Below are positions 9,750 through 19,481 of a stretch of DNA of 61,423 nucleotides, piece by piece (position 1 is the first letter of the stretch; each line of letters begins with the position of its first letter). Source of the DNA: Prevotella sp. (GTDB taxonomy: Bacteria; Bacteroidota; Bacteroidia; Bacteroidales; Bacteroidaceae); contig JBJFGK010000065.1 of the NCBI GenBank assembly GCA_051892655.1, positions 1 through 61,423 of the forward strand, written 5' to 3'. The translations under genes and the position numbers were made by a program. The notes under the pieces were generated by a model. The model did no database searches, was not told the origin of the DNA, and saw nothing but the letters and a program-made list of their open reading frames with translations.

Positions 9750-11132
9750 TTATGAATTATCAGGTTGTTGTTTTTCCTGTTTGTCAGTAAGACGTTTGAA
9801 CATTATAAAATATAATATTCCGGCACACATAAGACTGACAGGAAATGCAGACCATATGCCAACAAGACCATAACCGCAATAAATACCCAACAACCAACTA
9901 AGAGGCAAAGACACGACAAAATATGATATGAAAGCAATCCATACAAGGGGCTTGACCTGCGATATGCCTCTCATAGCATTGGAATAAGTACATTGTAAGC
10001 CATCGCCAAACTGATATATAATAAGGGGAATAACAATAATGGCAACAAGACGACACACTTCTGTATCATCGGTAAAAATAAGTCCCAATTGATTACGGAA
10101 TATAAAAATCGGCACTGATATTACGCACGCAACTACAAGTATGATATGAAAACCCGCTTTCGCCGTAAGACGCACGGCGGGGATATCTTTCTGACCGAAA
10201 AAATGGCTTATACGAACAGCCACCGCAGCCGCCATACCATAATAAACCATGAAAAACAATTGGGATATTGTTATTGCCACCTGATGGGCTGCCAATGCAC
10301 GCGTTCCTATCCAGCCTACAAACACGGCAGTAAGAGAGAATGCTGCCGTCTCCATACCCATTTGCATTGCCAAAGGCCACCCCAAAGCATTAAGGCGATT
10401 GAACAAAGCATACTCTGTACGACCTGCAAAGAAACCTTTACGATAATTACCATATTTGTGTAATGACATAAATGCAAGCATAAAAAACAACAACATCAAT
10501 ATACGCGACAACAATGTCGATACTCCTGCACCTACAAGACCCAACTCAGGCATTCCACAATGACCGTAAATAAGCATATAATTGCCGACAATGTTAAAAA
10601 AGTTCCCCAATATCAGCACTATCATCGGCATACGTGTATGTCCTATTGCATCATAAAACTGCTTGAAAGCATTTATCCAACATATAAAAGGTAGCGAGAT
10701 TATCTGCAACATAAGATACGGCCTCATAAGCGACAATAGCTCATGAGGCTGTCCCATATATGGAAGATAGACATATATCGCTGTTGAAACGAATATTAAT
10801 AGCACTGCAATAAATGTATTGGAAACTAATCCGCCACGCAAGGCACCACCAATACGTGCATATTCTCCTCGCCCGAACATCTGACCTACAACAGGTGTCA
10901 GACCATACGAAAAACCTAATGCAAAGACTATGACAAGAACAATAAGATTATTGACAAATCCTGCAGCGGCGAGCTCTTTCATGCCATAACGACCTATCAT
11001 TAGCGTATCGGCAAAACCCAATACGATATTACCTATCTGCCCAACAACGACAGGTATGCCGAGACTTAACAACCGGCAATAATGAACCTGCGAAAAAGCC
11101 ACACTACTATCTTCTGATAACAGCCTTGCCAT
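9750..11132 (-). CDS. MATE family efflux transporter (NorM-like)
   Basis: About 12 hydrophobic segments; DTLMIGRYG..LAAAG and LAAHQVA motifs. The start may be GTG at 11102, which avoids overlap with the upstream gene. Confidence 0.9.
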   Translation of the reverse strand: MARLLSEDSSVAFSQVHYCRLLSLGIPVVVGQIGNIVLGFADTLMIGRYGMKELAAAGFVNNLIVLVIVFALGFSYGLTPVVGQMFGRGEYARIGGALRGGLVSNTFIAVLLIFVSTAIYVYLPYMGQPHELLSLMRPYLMLQIISLPFICWINAFKQFYDAIGHTRMPMIVLILGNFFNIVGNYMLIYGHCGMPELGLVGAGVSTLLSRILMLLFFMLAFMSLHKYGNYRKGFFAGRTEYALFNRLNALGWPLAMQMGMETAAFSLTAVFVGWIGTRALAAHQVAITISQLFFMVYYGMAAAVAVRISHFFGQKDIPAVRLTAKAGFHIILVVACVISVPIFIFRNQLGLIFTDDTEVCRLVAIIVIPLIIYQFGDGLQCTYSNAMRGISQVKPLVWIAFISYFVVSLPLSWLLGIYCGYGLVGIWSAFPVSLMCAGILYFIMFKRLTDKQEKQQPDNS

Positions 11133-13206
11133 TTCTAATATATATACCCGGAGCTACAGGTTGCCCTGCAATACGCACACCCTGCAAAGTGTACCATACG
11201 CCTTTATTGCTTATCTCATCTCTCTCAACATCTTTTATACCGAGAGAAATACCGAGTATCTTTTTTATTCCGGCAAGTGCATCTATCTTTCCATAACCGA
11301 ATTTGTCGGGAGACGCTGTAGTAAACTCATCATTGATTGCCGTTGAAGACATGATTTCCTTAATCTCAGCACTTGTAAGTGTAGGATCAGCTTCCAACCA
11401 AAGTGCAACAATACCTGCGGTGCACGGTGTTGACATAGAAGTTCCACTCATCAAATCGTAGGCATAATTTCCCCATACCATATCCGATTGTGCACTTGTA
11501 AGATTACTATAATAACTTTCATAATGGTTTACTGAAGATACTACTCTAAAGCCGGGTGCTGTAATTGTTGGTACAGTGACATTATTATATGTAGTTCCGA
11601 AACTTGTAAAATAAGCATAATCCCCTACTTTTGTACTTACAATGTATGGTTCATAGAAAGTAGTTCTAAACATATTGGTATGGTTATAAGCTCCTACCGA
11701 TATGACATTGGGCGCAGATGTCCAGTCGTCCATAGACATATCATTAAGACCATCGCTATATCCTTCAAGACCATGACTTATAAAACCGTTATAACTGTCT
11801 TCCCACATATCAAACTCAACTCCCGTTTCTCCTCCTACTACAACAGCCAAATCATAGGAGCTGTTTTTTATGCGTCCATCAGGCATAATAAAAGCGACAC
11901 TCACACCATAATCTTCATCAATATATGCACAACCATACAACGAGCCGCTAAAATATGTTTTCCATGTAGATGTTGAAGAGGTCAATTCAAAATCTGCACC
12001 ATAACCGCCATCGGAAGTAGAAGCGACAACCGGTGATGTATATACTACTTGACCGGTTGTTTTATTTACGATTTGAACATTTAGAGTCAACTTCTTCTGA
12101 TTACGGGCAAACGCAACAACAGGGTCATATTTATCGGTATAACCGTTACTCACAAATGTCTTTACATTATCGGTAGAGCTACTTAATTGCTTATATATAT
12201 GTAACGGTAAATCGCCCTCGTTGCCTGCTGCAATGACAACAGGGATGCCACTTTTGGCAACATTATCAAGAAATTCTGTCGTTATTCCCTTGCCGTTATG
12301 TGGTCCTATCTGGGTTCCTATACTTAGACTAATGACTCCGGGCTTATTGTTTTCTTTAAGATAAGTCTGCATGAAATTAATCTCGTTTATCATTCCCCAA
12401 CTCTCCGTCTCGTCTGATTGGACGGGATCACTTTCATCAGGATACATATAACCGAAAACAATATCTGCATCAGGAGCCATGCCACCCCAACCATTATGAT
12501 GTGTTCCGGCACCTATACCCATCGTATGGCTTCCATGACTGTCTCCATTATAATCGGTAGTAAGCGAAGCTATAGCATCCGGAGTGTCATATAGTTTACC
12601 GGGAAATGTCTTGCCACCATATGTAAACGAACCTGTACTGCCATAAGGATTGTACACGGCCTTTATGCGTGAACGACCTTCCGCATCTTTAAAAGCAGGA
12701 TGTTGGAAATCAACACCGCCATCTATAATACAGAAAACAACGTCTTTACCGGTATATGCTTTGGGGAGACCAGTCTCATCTCCTGATACGGCATTTAATA
12801 CTTTATCTGTATTGGTTACTTGACGGGTTATATTGGTACGCTTATGTATTTTAGAACCTTTTGAAATCTGTTTAATTTGATTTATATTCTGAATGGCATC
12901 AATTTTTCCTACGGTTGTTCTGATTGTCAAAAGTCCATGTTCTGTTCCAAAGACCTCTACACCTTTGCTTTTGAGAGCTTCTTCAACTTCTTTTTCTTTG
13001 CCTTCTTCAACCTTGATAATCAAACGCACGGTTTGGTTATCATAATCATTGGCGGAAATCGTTTTCATTCCTGATTTAACGGAATTGTTTTCTATTTCTG
13101 CCTTAAGGCGTTTCAGATACAATCGGGCATCTGCCGACAACTTATTTTGTGCCATTGCCACTACAACAATAGACCAAACCACTAATGATAATACTATTCT
13201 TCTCAT
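11107..13206 (-). CDS. S8 subtilisin-like serine peptidase, secreted, T9SS-type C-terminal signal
   Basis: Catalytic triad motifs IIDGG, HGSHTMG, GTSMSTP; AAGNEG oxyanion motif; signal peptide; C-terminus WYTLQGVRI..PGIYIRNGK. Confidence 0.92.
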   Translation of the reverse strand: MRRIVLSLVVWSIVVVAMAQNKLSADARLYLKRLKAEIENNSVKSGMKTISANDYDNQTVRLIIKVEEGKEKEVEEALKSKGVEVFGTEHGLLTIRTTVGKIDAIQNINQIKQISKGSKIHKRTNITRQVTNTDKVLNAVSGDETGLPKAYTGKDVVFCIIDGGVDFQHPAFKDAEGRSRIKAVYNPYGSTGSFTYGGKTFPGKLYDTPDAIASLTTDYNGDSHGSHTMGIGAGTHHNGWGGMAPDADIVFGYMYPDESDPVQSDETESWGMINEINFMQTYLKENNKPGVISLSIGTQIGPHNGKGITTEFLDNVAKSGIPVVIAAGNEGDLPLHIYKQLSSSTDNVKTFVSNGYTDKYDPVVAFARNQKKLTLNVQIVNKTTGQVVYTSPVVASTSDGGYGADFELTSSTSTWKTYFSGSLYGCAYIDEDYGVSVAFIMPDGRIKNSSYDLAVVVGGETGVEFDMWEDSYNGFISHGLEGYSDGLNDMSMDDWTSAPNVISVGAYNHTNMFRTTFYEPYIVSTKVGDYAYFTSFGTTYNNVTVPTITAPGFRVVSSVNHYESYYSNLTSAQSDMVWGNYAYDLMSGTSMSTPCTAGIVALWLEADPTLTSAEIKEIMSSTAINDEFTTASPDKFGYGKIDALAGIKKILGISLGIKDVERDEISNKGVWYTLQGVRIAGQPVAPGIYIRNGKAVIRR

Positions 13207-13338
13207 AATAAACTACTATTCCAACTATTCTATAAAAACAATATCTCCGACATCTTTACTATATCCTTTTTATCAAGATGATGTCATGGAACCATTAGTA
13301 TGACAATTGTAAAAAATTACTTGATATACAAAGATAAC

Positions 13339-13377
13339 AAAGAGCGACAATATGCCTTAAACATATAGTCGCTCTTT
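13339..13377 (-). terminator. Terminator downstream of frdB
   Basis: AAAGAGCGACAATATG / CATATAGTCGCTCTTT inverted repeat. Confidence 0.65.
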
Positions 13378-13388
13378 AAAAATATTTT

Positions 13389-14141
13389 TTAATCTGCCAA
13401 TTTTGCCTTTATAAACTCTCTGTTCAAACGAGCGATATTGGCAATGCTCTCGTTCTTAGGACATTCTGCCTCACAAGCACGAGTGTTGGTACAATTACCA
13501 AAACCTAATTCTTCCATCTTCATAATCATGGACTTGACACGCTTAGCGGCCTCAGGACGTCCTTGTGGCAATAATGCCAACTGACTTACCTTAGAACTTA
13601 CGAACAACATGGCAGAACCGTTCTTACAAGCTGCAACACATGCACCACAACCAATACATGTGGCACAATCCATTGCCTCGTCTGCTGCCTCCTTAGGAAT
13701 AAGAATGGCGTTAGCATCTTGCGGTTGCCCTGTACGCACAGTCACATAACCTCCGGCCTGTATTATTTTGTCAAAAGCGGAACGATCTACCATACAATCC
13801 TTGATAACAGGGAATGCAGCAGAACGCCATGGCTCTACAGTAATAACATCGCCATCGTTGAACTTACGCATATATAACTGACATGTAGTGGCTCCTGTAT
13901 TGGGACCATGAGGATGTCCGTTTATATATAATGAACACATACCGCAAATGCCCTCTCGGCAATCATGATCGAACACAAAAGGCTCCTTGCCTTCTTCTAT
14001 CAACTGCTCGTTGAGAATGTCAAGCATCTCAAGGAATGAGGTATCATCTGGAATATCCTTCATCTCGCGAACATCAAAATGCCCTTTATCCTTAGGACCA
14101 TTCTGACGCCAAAACTTCAATGTGAATGAAATATTTGCCAT
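13389..14141 (-). CDS. frdB: Fumarate reductase/succinate dehydrogenase iron-sulfur subunit
   Basis: [16 protein letters not shown] and CTNTRAC Fe-S motifs. Confidence 0.96.
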   Translation of the reverse strand: MANISFTLKFWRQNGPKDKGHFDVREMKDIPDDTSFLEMLDILNEQLIEEGKEPFVFDHDCREGICGMCSLYINGHPHGPNTGATTCQLYMRKFNDGDVITVEPWRSAAFPVIKDCMVDRSAFDKIIQAGGYVTVRTGQPQDANAILIPKEAADEAMDCATCIGCGACVAACKNGSAMLFVSSKVSQLALLPQGRPEAAKRVKSMIMKMEELGFGNCTNTRACEAECPKNESIANIARLNREFIKAKLAD

Positions 14142-14145
14142 ATTC

Positions 14146-16128
14146 TTAATTCTTATAATTTCTGGTTTGTACTTTTATAGCCTCATACTCAAGAGGTTCC
14201 TTTATAAGTTCCGGTGCTTTCTCGTCACTGCCTTGATACTCCCAGCAACCAACATAGAAGAAGTTTTTATCATCACGCTTAGCCTCGCCTTCCTCTGTCT
14301 GATATTCCTCACGGAAATGACCTCCACAAGATTCATTGCGAGAGAGAGCGTCATAAGCTATAAGCTCGCCCATAGTGATAAAGTCTCTGAGATGTATTGC
14401 TTTGTCAAGCTCAATATTCAGACCTTCTTTGCTGCCCGGTATAAAGAGATTGGTTTCAAATTCTTTACGGAGTTTCTTTATAAGTTCAAGACCCTCTTTC
14501 AGACCTTCTGCAGTACGTCCCATTCCAACATGCTCCCACATGATATGGCCGAGCTCTTTGTGAATGGAATCAACAGAACGTTTGCCTTGAATACCCATAA
14601 GTCTGTCTGTCTCTGCAGCAACAGCTTTCTCTGCTGCTTCAAATTCAGGAAGATCAGTAGAAAGACGAGGCCATATAGACTGGTCTGCAAGATAATTCTG
14701 TATGGTATAAGGCAATACGAAATATCCGTCGGCAAGACCTTGCATAAGCGCTGAAGCACCAAGACGGTTGGCTCCATGGTCTGAGAAGTTACACTCTCCT
14801 ATGGCAAAGAGGCCTTGAATACTTGTCATAAGTTCATAATCAACCCAGATACCACCCATTGTATAGTGGATTGCCGGATAAATCATCATAGGATTATAAT
14901 ACTTCACGCCATTAATTTCATTGGCTAATTCTCCCGGATTGACGTCTGTAATCTCTTCGTACATATCGAAAAGATTGCCATAACGTTGACGTACAACATC
15001 TATACCAAGTCGCTCAATGCTCTCTGAGAAATCAAGGAACACGGCAAGACCTGTATTGTTTACACCAAATCCCTTGTCGCAACGTTCTTTGGCGGCGCGT
15101 GAAGCTACGTCACGTGGTACAAGATTACCGAATGCCGGATAACGACGCTCAAGATAATAGTCACGGTCTTCTTCCGGAATGTCTGAACCTTTCTTGCTGC
15201 CATTCTGAAGTGCTTTTGCATCTTCAATGTTTTTAGGTACCCAAATACGACCGTCATTACGCAACGACTCTGACATAAGTGTCAACTTTGACTGATTGGT
15301 ACCATGAACGGGAATACAAGTAGGATGAATCTGTACATAAGAAGGATTTGCAAAATATGCTCCCTTACGATAGCAAGCCATTGCCGCCGTACAGTTACAG
15401 CCCATCGCATTTGTTGAAAGGAAATAAGTATTTCCATAACCACCTGTTGCTATAACAACAGCATTGGCAGAGAAACGCTCCAACTTTCCTGTTACAAGAT
15501 TCTTTGCTATTATACCACGTGCACGACCGTCAACAATAACAACATCCTCCATCTCATAACGGGTAAACAGTTTAACACGGCCTGCATTTATCTGACAACT
15601 CAAAGCGGAATATGCACCAAGCAAAAGCTGCTGACCGGTCTGTCCCTTAGCATAAAATGTTCTTGAAACCTGAGCTCCGCCAAAAGAACGGTTAGCAAGC
15701 ATGCCGCCATATTCACGCGCAAAAGGAACACCCTGGGCAACACATTGGTCAATGATGCTGTTTGAAACCTCTGCCAAACGATAGACATTGGCTTCACGTG
15801 CACGATAGTCACCACCCTTTACTGTATCATAAAACAGACGATATACTGAATCTCCGTCATTCTGATAATTCTTGGCTGCATTGATACCTCCCTGAGCAGC
15901 AATAGAGTGTGCACGACGAGGTGAATCTTGGATACAGAAATTAAATACGTTGAAACCCATCTCGCCAAGAGATGCTGCCGCAGAAGCGCCTGCAAGACCT
16001 GTACCAACAACTATTACATCAAGCTTCAACTTGTTTTTAGGGTTCACCAAACGCTGATGAGCCTTATAGTTTGTCCATTTCTCAGCCACAGGGCCTTCCG
16101 GAATTCTTGAATTTATTTGTTTTGCCAT
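14146..16128 (-). CDS. frdA: Fumarate reductase/succinate dehydrogenase flavoprotein subunit
   Basis: GTGLAG FAD-binding motif, [23 protein letters not shown]. Confidence 0.97.
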   Translation of the reverse strand: MAKQINSRIPEGPVAEKWTNYKAHQRLVNPKNKLKLDVIVVGTGLAGASAAASLGEMGFNVFNFCIQDSPRRAHSIAAQGGINAAKNYQNDGDSVYRLFYDTVKGGDYRAREANVYRLAEVSNSIIDQCVAQGVPFAREYGGMLANRSFGGAQVSRTFYAKGQTGQQLLLGAYSALSCQINAGRVKLFTRYEMEDVVIVDGRARGIIAKNLVTGKLERFSANAVVIATGGYGNTYFLSTNAMGCNCTAAMACYRKGAYFANPSYVQIHPTCIPVHGTNQSKLTLMSESLRNDGRIWVPKNIEDAKALQNGSKKGSDIPEEDRDYYLERRYPAFGNLVPRDVASRAAKERCDKGFGVNNTGLAVFLDFSESIERLGIDVVRQRYGNLFDMYEEITDVNPGELANEINGVKYYNPMMIYPAIHYTMGGIWVDYELMTSIQGLFAIGECNFSDHGANRLGASALMQGLADGYFVLPYTIQNYLADQSIWPRLSTDLPEFEAAEKAVAAETDRLMGIQGKRSVDSIHKELGHIMWEHVGMGRTAEGLKEGLELIKKLRKEFETNLFIPGSKEGLNIELDKAIHLRDFITMGELIAYDALSRNESCGGHFREEYQTEEGEAKRDDKNFFYVGCWEYQGSDEKAPELIKEPLEYEAIKVQTRNYKN

Positions 16129-16163
16129 AATAATCGAAAATGATTTAATTATGAATATTTAAT

Positions 16164-16856
16164 TTACAAGTTACAACAACCACACAGACTTGGAGCACAA
16201 CCAACGGCAAATGCCAGAACCACAACAAGGAATCCTAACATAAGAATGGTTGAATAAACGATACTGATAACTTTCCAACGGCAGAACCATACCTTTCCGT
16301 TCCAACCGAAAGTTTGCATCGCACTCCAAAAACCATGTGAAAGATGGAACCAAATAGCTGCCAACCAGACAATGTAAAGCACTACATAAACAGGACAGCT
16401 AAAGACATCTTTCATGTAAGAAAAACCGTCTGCAGGATCATGAGCCACAGAGATACCTGTCAATTCGGCAAACATCATATTATACCAGAAATTGAACAAG
16501 TGAAGCAAGAGACCCAAAATTACTATCAGACCAAGCACAAGCATGTTCTGTGATGCCCACTCAACTTTTGCCGGCTTTGTAGTAACGGCATAACGTTCAT
16601 TTCCACGCGCACGACGATTCTGAGCCGTCAGGATGAAAGCATAGACAATGTGAACCGCTACAAGAAAAGCCAAAGCAAGCGTTGCCACCACAGCATACCA
16701 ATTACCTCCGAGAAACTCACAAATCATATTGTAAGCTTTACCCGAAAAGAGGGCTACAACGTTCATTGACATGTGGAACGTCAAGAACAGAATAAGTGCG
16801 ACACCGGAAACCGACATCACTACCTTTCTACCAATAGATGAATTGATTAACCACAT
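16164..16856 (-). CDS. frdC: Fumarate reductase/succinate dehydrogenase cytochrome b subunit
   Basis: Five TM helices with conserved His residues; first gene of the C-A-B operon. Confidence 0.93.
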   Translation of the reverse strand: MWLINSSIGRKVVMSVSGVALILFLTFHMSMNVVALFSGKAYNMICEFLGGNWYAVVATLALAFLVAVHIVYAFILTAQNRRARGNERYAVTTKPAKVEWASQNMLVLGLIVILGLLLHLFNFWYNMMFAELTGISVAHDPADGFSYMKDVFSCPVYVVLYIVWLAAIWFHLSHGFWSAMQTFGWNGKVWFCRWKVISIVYSTILMLGFLVVVLAFAVGCAPSLCGCCNL

Positions 16857-17184
16857 AGAAAAATAAAAAATTTTTAGTTATTTAAATATTTATTGTTTTG
16901 TCAAAAAATATATCACTACAAATTTCCAACTGCTAAACAACATTCACTCCATCAAATATAGTTATTGATGATACGCATGCAAAATTACAATTTTTAAATG
17001 AAAAACTGAAGCAATGTATAAAAATATGCAGAAAATATTATTTTATATGCGAGTTATGCCGGCATCCTTGCAACGTCTAAACATGTCATTTCAACATGTA
17101 GATACGCTATATTATAAATACGAACTACATAATAAAAGAACGGGCAACTTATATAAAAAACGCAGTCATATATACTTGTAAAAT

Positions 17185-17287
17185 CAACATGATTGTTTGC
17201 GATTTGAAACATGGCGTTTTACGAGTCGTAAAACGGCTATTTACGATGCCTAAAGAGGCCATTTACGACATCTAAACAGCATAGTTA
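17185..17287. repeat. 22-bp-period degenerate array (copy A)
   Basis: Units start at 17185, 17207, 17229, 17251 and 17273. The last unit is TAAACAGCATAGTTA, the reverse complement of TAACTATGCTGTTTA. Confidence 0.65.
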
Positions 17288-17305
17288 TGTTTGTTAACTA
17301 TCAAC

Positions 17306-17425
17306 GAATTCAACAAACAAGTGCAAATTTACAATTAGTAGCGAGGAAATGCCTCAAACGGTGTCGAATCCAACTATTTTCTTGGTCTTGTATTGATTTT
17401 CTTCATAATTGCGTCAATATCGCCA
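17306..17425 (-). mobile_element. IS30-family transposase 3' remnant with terminal-repeat-like end
   Basis: Minus strand reads DIDAIMKKINTRPRK*LDST, resembling the IS30 C-terminal N-x-RPRK-x-LG motif with an internal stop, followed by TTGCACTTGTTTGTTGAATTC. Confidence 0.6.
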
Positions 17426-17494
17426 TTTCTTAAATGTTTTATTAGTAATGATTTTGTATATTTATATTTGTCTGTTAATTGTATCTTGTGATTA

Positions 17495-18904
17495 TCAATG
17501 CAAATTGTACAGAGAAAGTAATTCTTCAATTGAGATATCAATACCAACCGTATTCAATGATAATATTTGTTTTTGATAAAGAATCCTAATAATCGCATTT
17601 TTCTCATCATTGCTGCCAAAATGAATACGTCTATGACATGTTGGACAAAGACAGACGATATTTTCAACGCAATCAATATTTCTTCCATATTTAGACCAAA
17701 AAATCTCGGAATTAGCAAATGTACAAGGTATTAAATGATGTCCTTCCATGTAAGGAATGCCTTTGTTTGTCAAAAAAGTTACATGGTTATTATCAAATTC
17801 GCATTTGAAATTTGCTTGTTTTAGAGCCTGTTTTGAGATATATGCTTTCTTTACAACTTGTTTCCCCGAAGTTCCATTGCTATAGCTTGGTTCTTGTTTT
17901 GAAGTATCAGACATAATCTTTTTATTCTCTGCTTCTTGGATCTCTTTTTGAAAACCAAGATCATTATCTTCTTCTTGGTCTTTTCTTCTAAAATAGTTTA
18001 TCAACCACTGCAACATTTTTACCTCTTGTTTCGGACGCCGACCTGTGTAAAATCTTTGTTTACGAAACATCAACAAGTCTTCTCCACTCACATCAAACAC
18101 AAACGGATTGGGTTCTGTTCGCAAATCATAGATATAATCAGACTCTATAGTGTAAGTACATTCTACTTTTTTCCCTCCTTCAAAAACAAAGCGATTTAAA
18201 CCACAGCCGCGCTGTTTTTCTGCATAGACTTTGGCATTATCAGTAAAAGCTATAATCTTCCGATTATTCGAATTTAGTTGTTTTTGCACATAGATGACCA
18301 TAATTCCATCTACATAATCGTCAGTTACTGATGCTCCAAGTCGTTCGATATTTGGATTATCATGCGGAGGAAGATAACCATAATAATGGCCATCAACTTC
18401 ATTGGGACATAGATTGAAAACTTCGTGTCCCATGTTATGTTCCCAATAAGAACCAGAACCCAAATCAACAACGATATAATGAGATGGTAAAGTTAATTTT
18501 TGCGATGCTATATTAAAAACGTTATTAATATATTCAATCAATTCTGTATTTTTATAACTTGGAGTAAGAATGGAGCTACCACCTTTAAAACCTATCCTTT
18601 TCAATACATCCTCATTCAGCAGATTACCATCATATTCATCTTCCAGTTTTAATTGATATGTGTAATCGTTTGGAGCCTGTTCAATCCAATAAATACCATC
18701 CTCTCGAAGTACATTAACTTTATTAACCCTTAGTTTAAACCGAATAGCTCTGTCATCATTCATAAACAAATAGACAATATCGTTTTCTGCAAATTTCGAT
18801 TTGATATTCATAGTCCAACTTATAAATCCTAACTCTTTTAAAGCCTTACGATGATTACAAATACTTTCGTTGGCAAAGGCAAGCCATGTGCGGTTGTGCG
18901 TCAT
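17495..18904 (-). CDS. Multi-domain HNH endonuclease (McrA-like C-terminus), candidate modification-dependent restriction enzyme
   Basis: CEFD...YMEGHHLIP...ENIVCLCPTCHRRIH HNH/Zn motif; about 330 aa of N-terminal domains. Confidence 0.85.
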   Translation of the reverse strand: MTHNRTWLAFANESICNHRKALKELGFISWTMNIKSKFAENDIVYLFMNDDRAIRFKLRVNKVNVLREDGIYWIEQAPNDYTYQLKLEDEYDGNLLNEDVLKRIGFKGGSSILTPSYKNTELIEYINNVFNIASQKLTLPSHYIVVDLGSGSYWEHNMGHEVFNLCPNEVDGHYYGYLPPHDNPNIERLGASVTDDYVDGIMVIYVQKQLNSNNRKIIAFTDNAKVYAEKQRGCGLNRFVFEGGKKVECTYTIESDYIYDLRTEPNPFVFDVSGEDLLMFRKQRFYTGRRPKQEVKMLQWLINYFRRKDQEEDNDLGFQKEIQEAENKKIMSDTSKQEPSYSNGTSGKQVVKKAYISKQALKQANFKCEFDNNHVTFLTNKGIPYMEGHHLIPCTFANSEIFWSKYGRNIDCVENIVCLCPTCHRRIHFGSNDEKNAIIRILYQKQILSLNTVGIDISIEELLSLYNLH

Positions 18905-19201
18905 AGTTGATTTATTGAAATTTACACGTGTTTTTCTATGATTTTACTGATTCTTCTGCTATTAACTTTACACTATATTTACTCTCATGCTGAAATTATT
19001 TATTCTATTTAAAAGTCGTTACTGAATAACTTTACAATGCATGAAAAGTGTTCATGAAAAGATTTACCCAGTCCTTTTCTTGCAAAGTTAAACATAAAAT
19101 CCATTATTGCAATTAAAGCATGCGGATAAAATCTGCATTAAGCGTCCTTCTGCATCCTTATTATGCAGTCGGCACATAGGAGACCCTTTTTTGAAATGTT
19201 G

Positions 19202-19400
19202 TCAGCATATCTTTGCGCATATACGGTCGTTTGGTGTTATAGAATTGACGATTGCTCCTATGATATTCCGTGCTTGTCGTATGTTTTTCGGACGTTTCAT
19301 CCTGTACTTTATGATGCCATTGACACGCTCTAGCACAGCATTGTCTGTAGGCTTGTAATCCTCTGTCATGGATATTGACGCTTCAACGGAGCGCAGCGTC
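19202..19400 (-). pseudogene. IS3-family transposase (integrase core) remnant
   Basis: ISMTEDYKPTDNAVLERVNGIIK resembles the IS3 catalytic-Glu region. The downstream FYNTKRPYM motif is in another frame, and the N-terminus is missing. Confidence 0.72.
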
Positions 19401-19481
19401 ATTATATTATCAAAATGCAAAAACATATAATATTTAAAGTTATTAGAAAAGATTTTGTAAATTTGCACGGATATAAGACAG

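Noticed and set aside
14122-14754. 210-aa plus-strand ORF
   Set aside because: Antisense to the conserved frdA gene; shadow ORF
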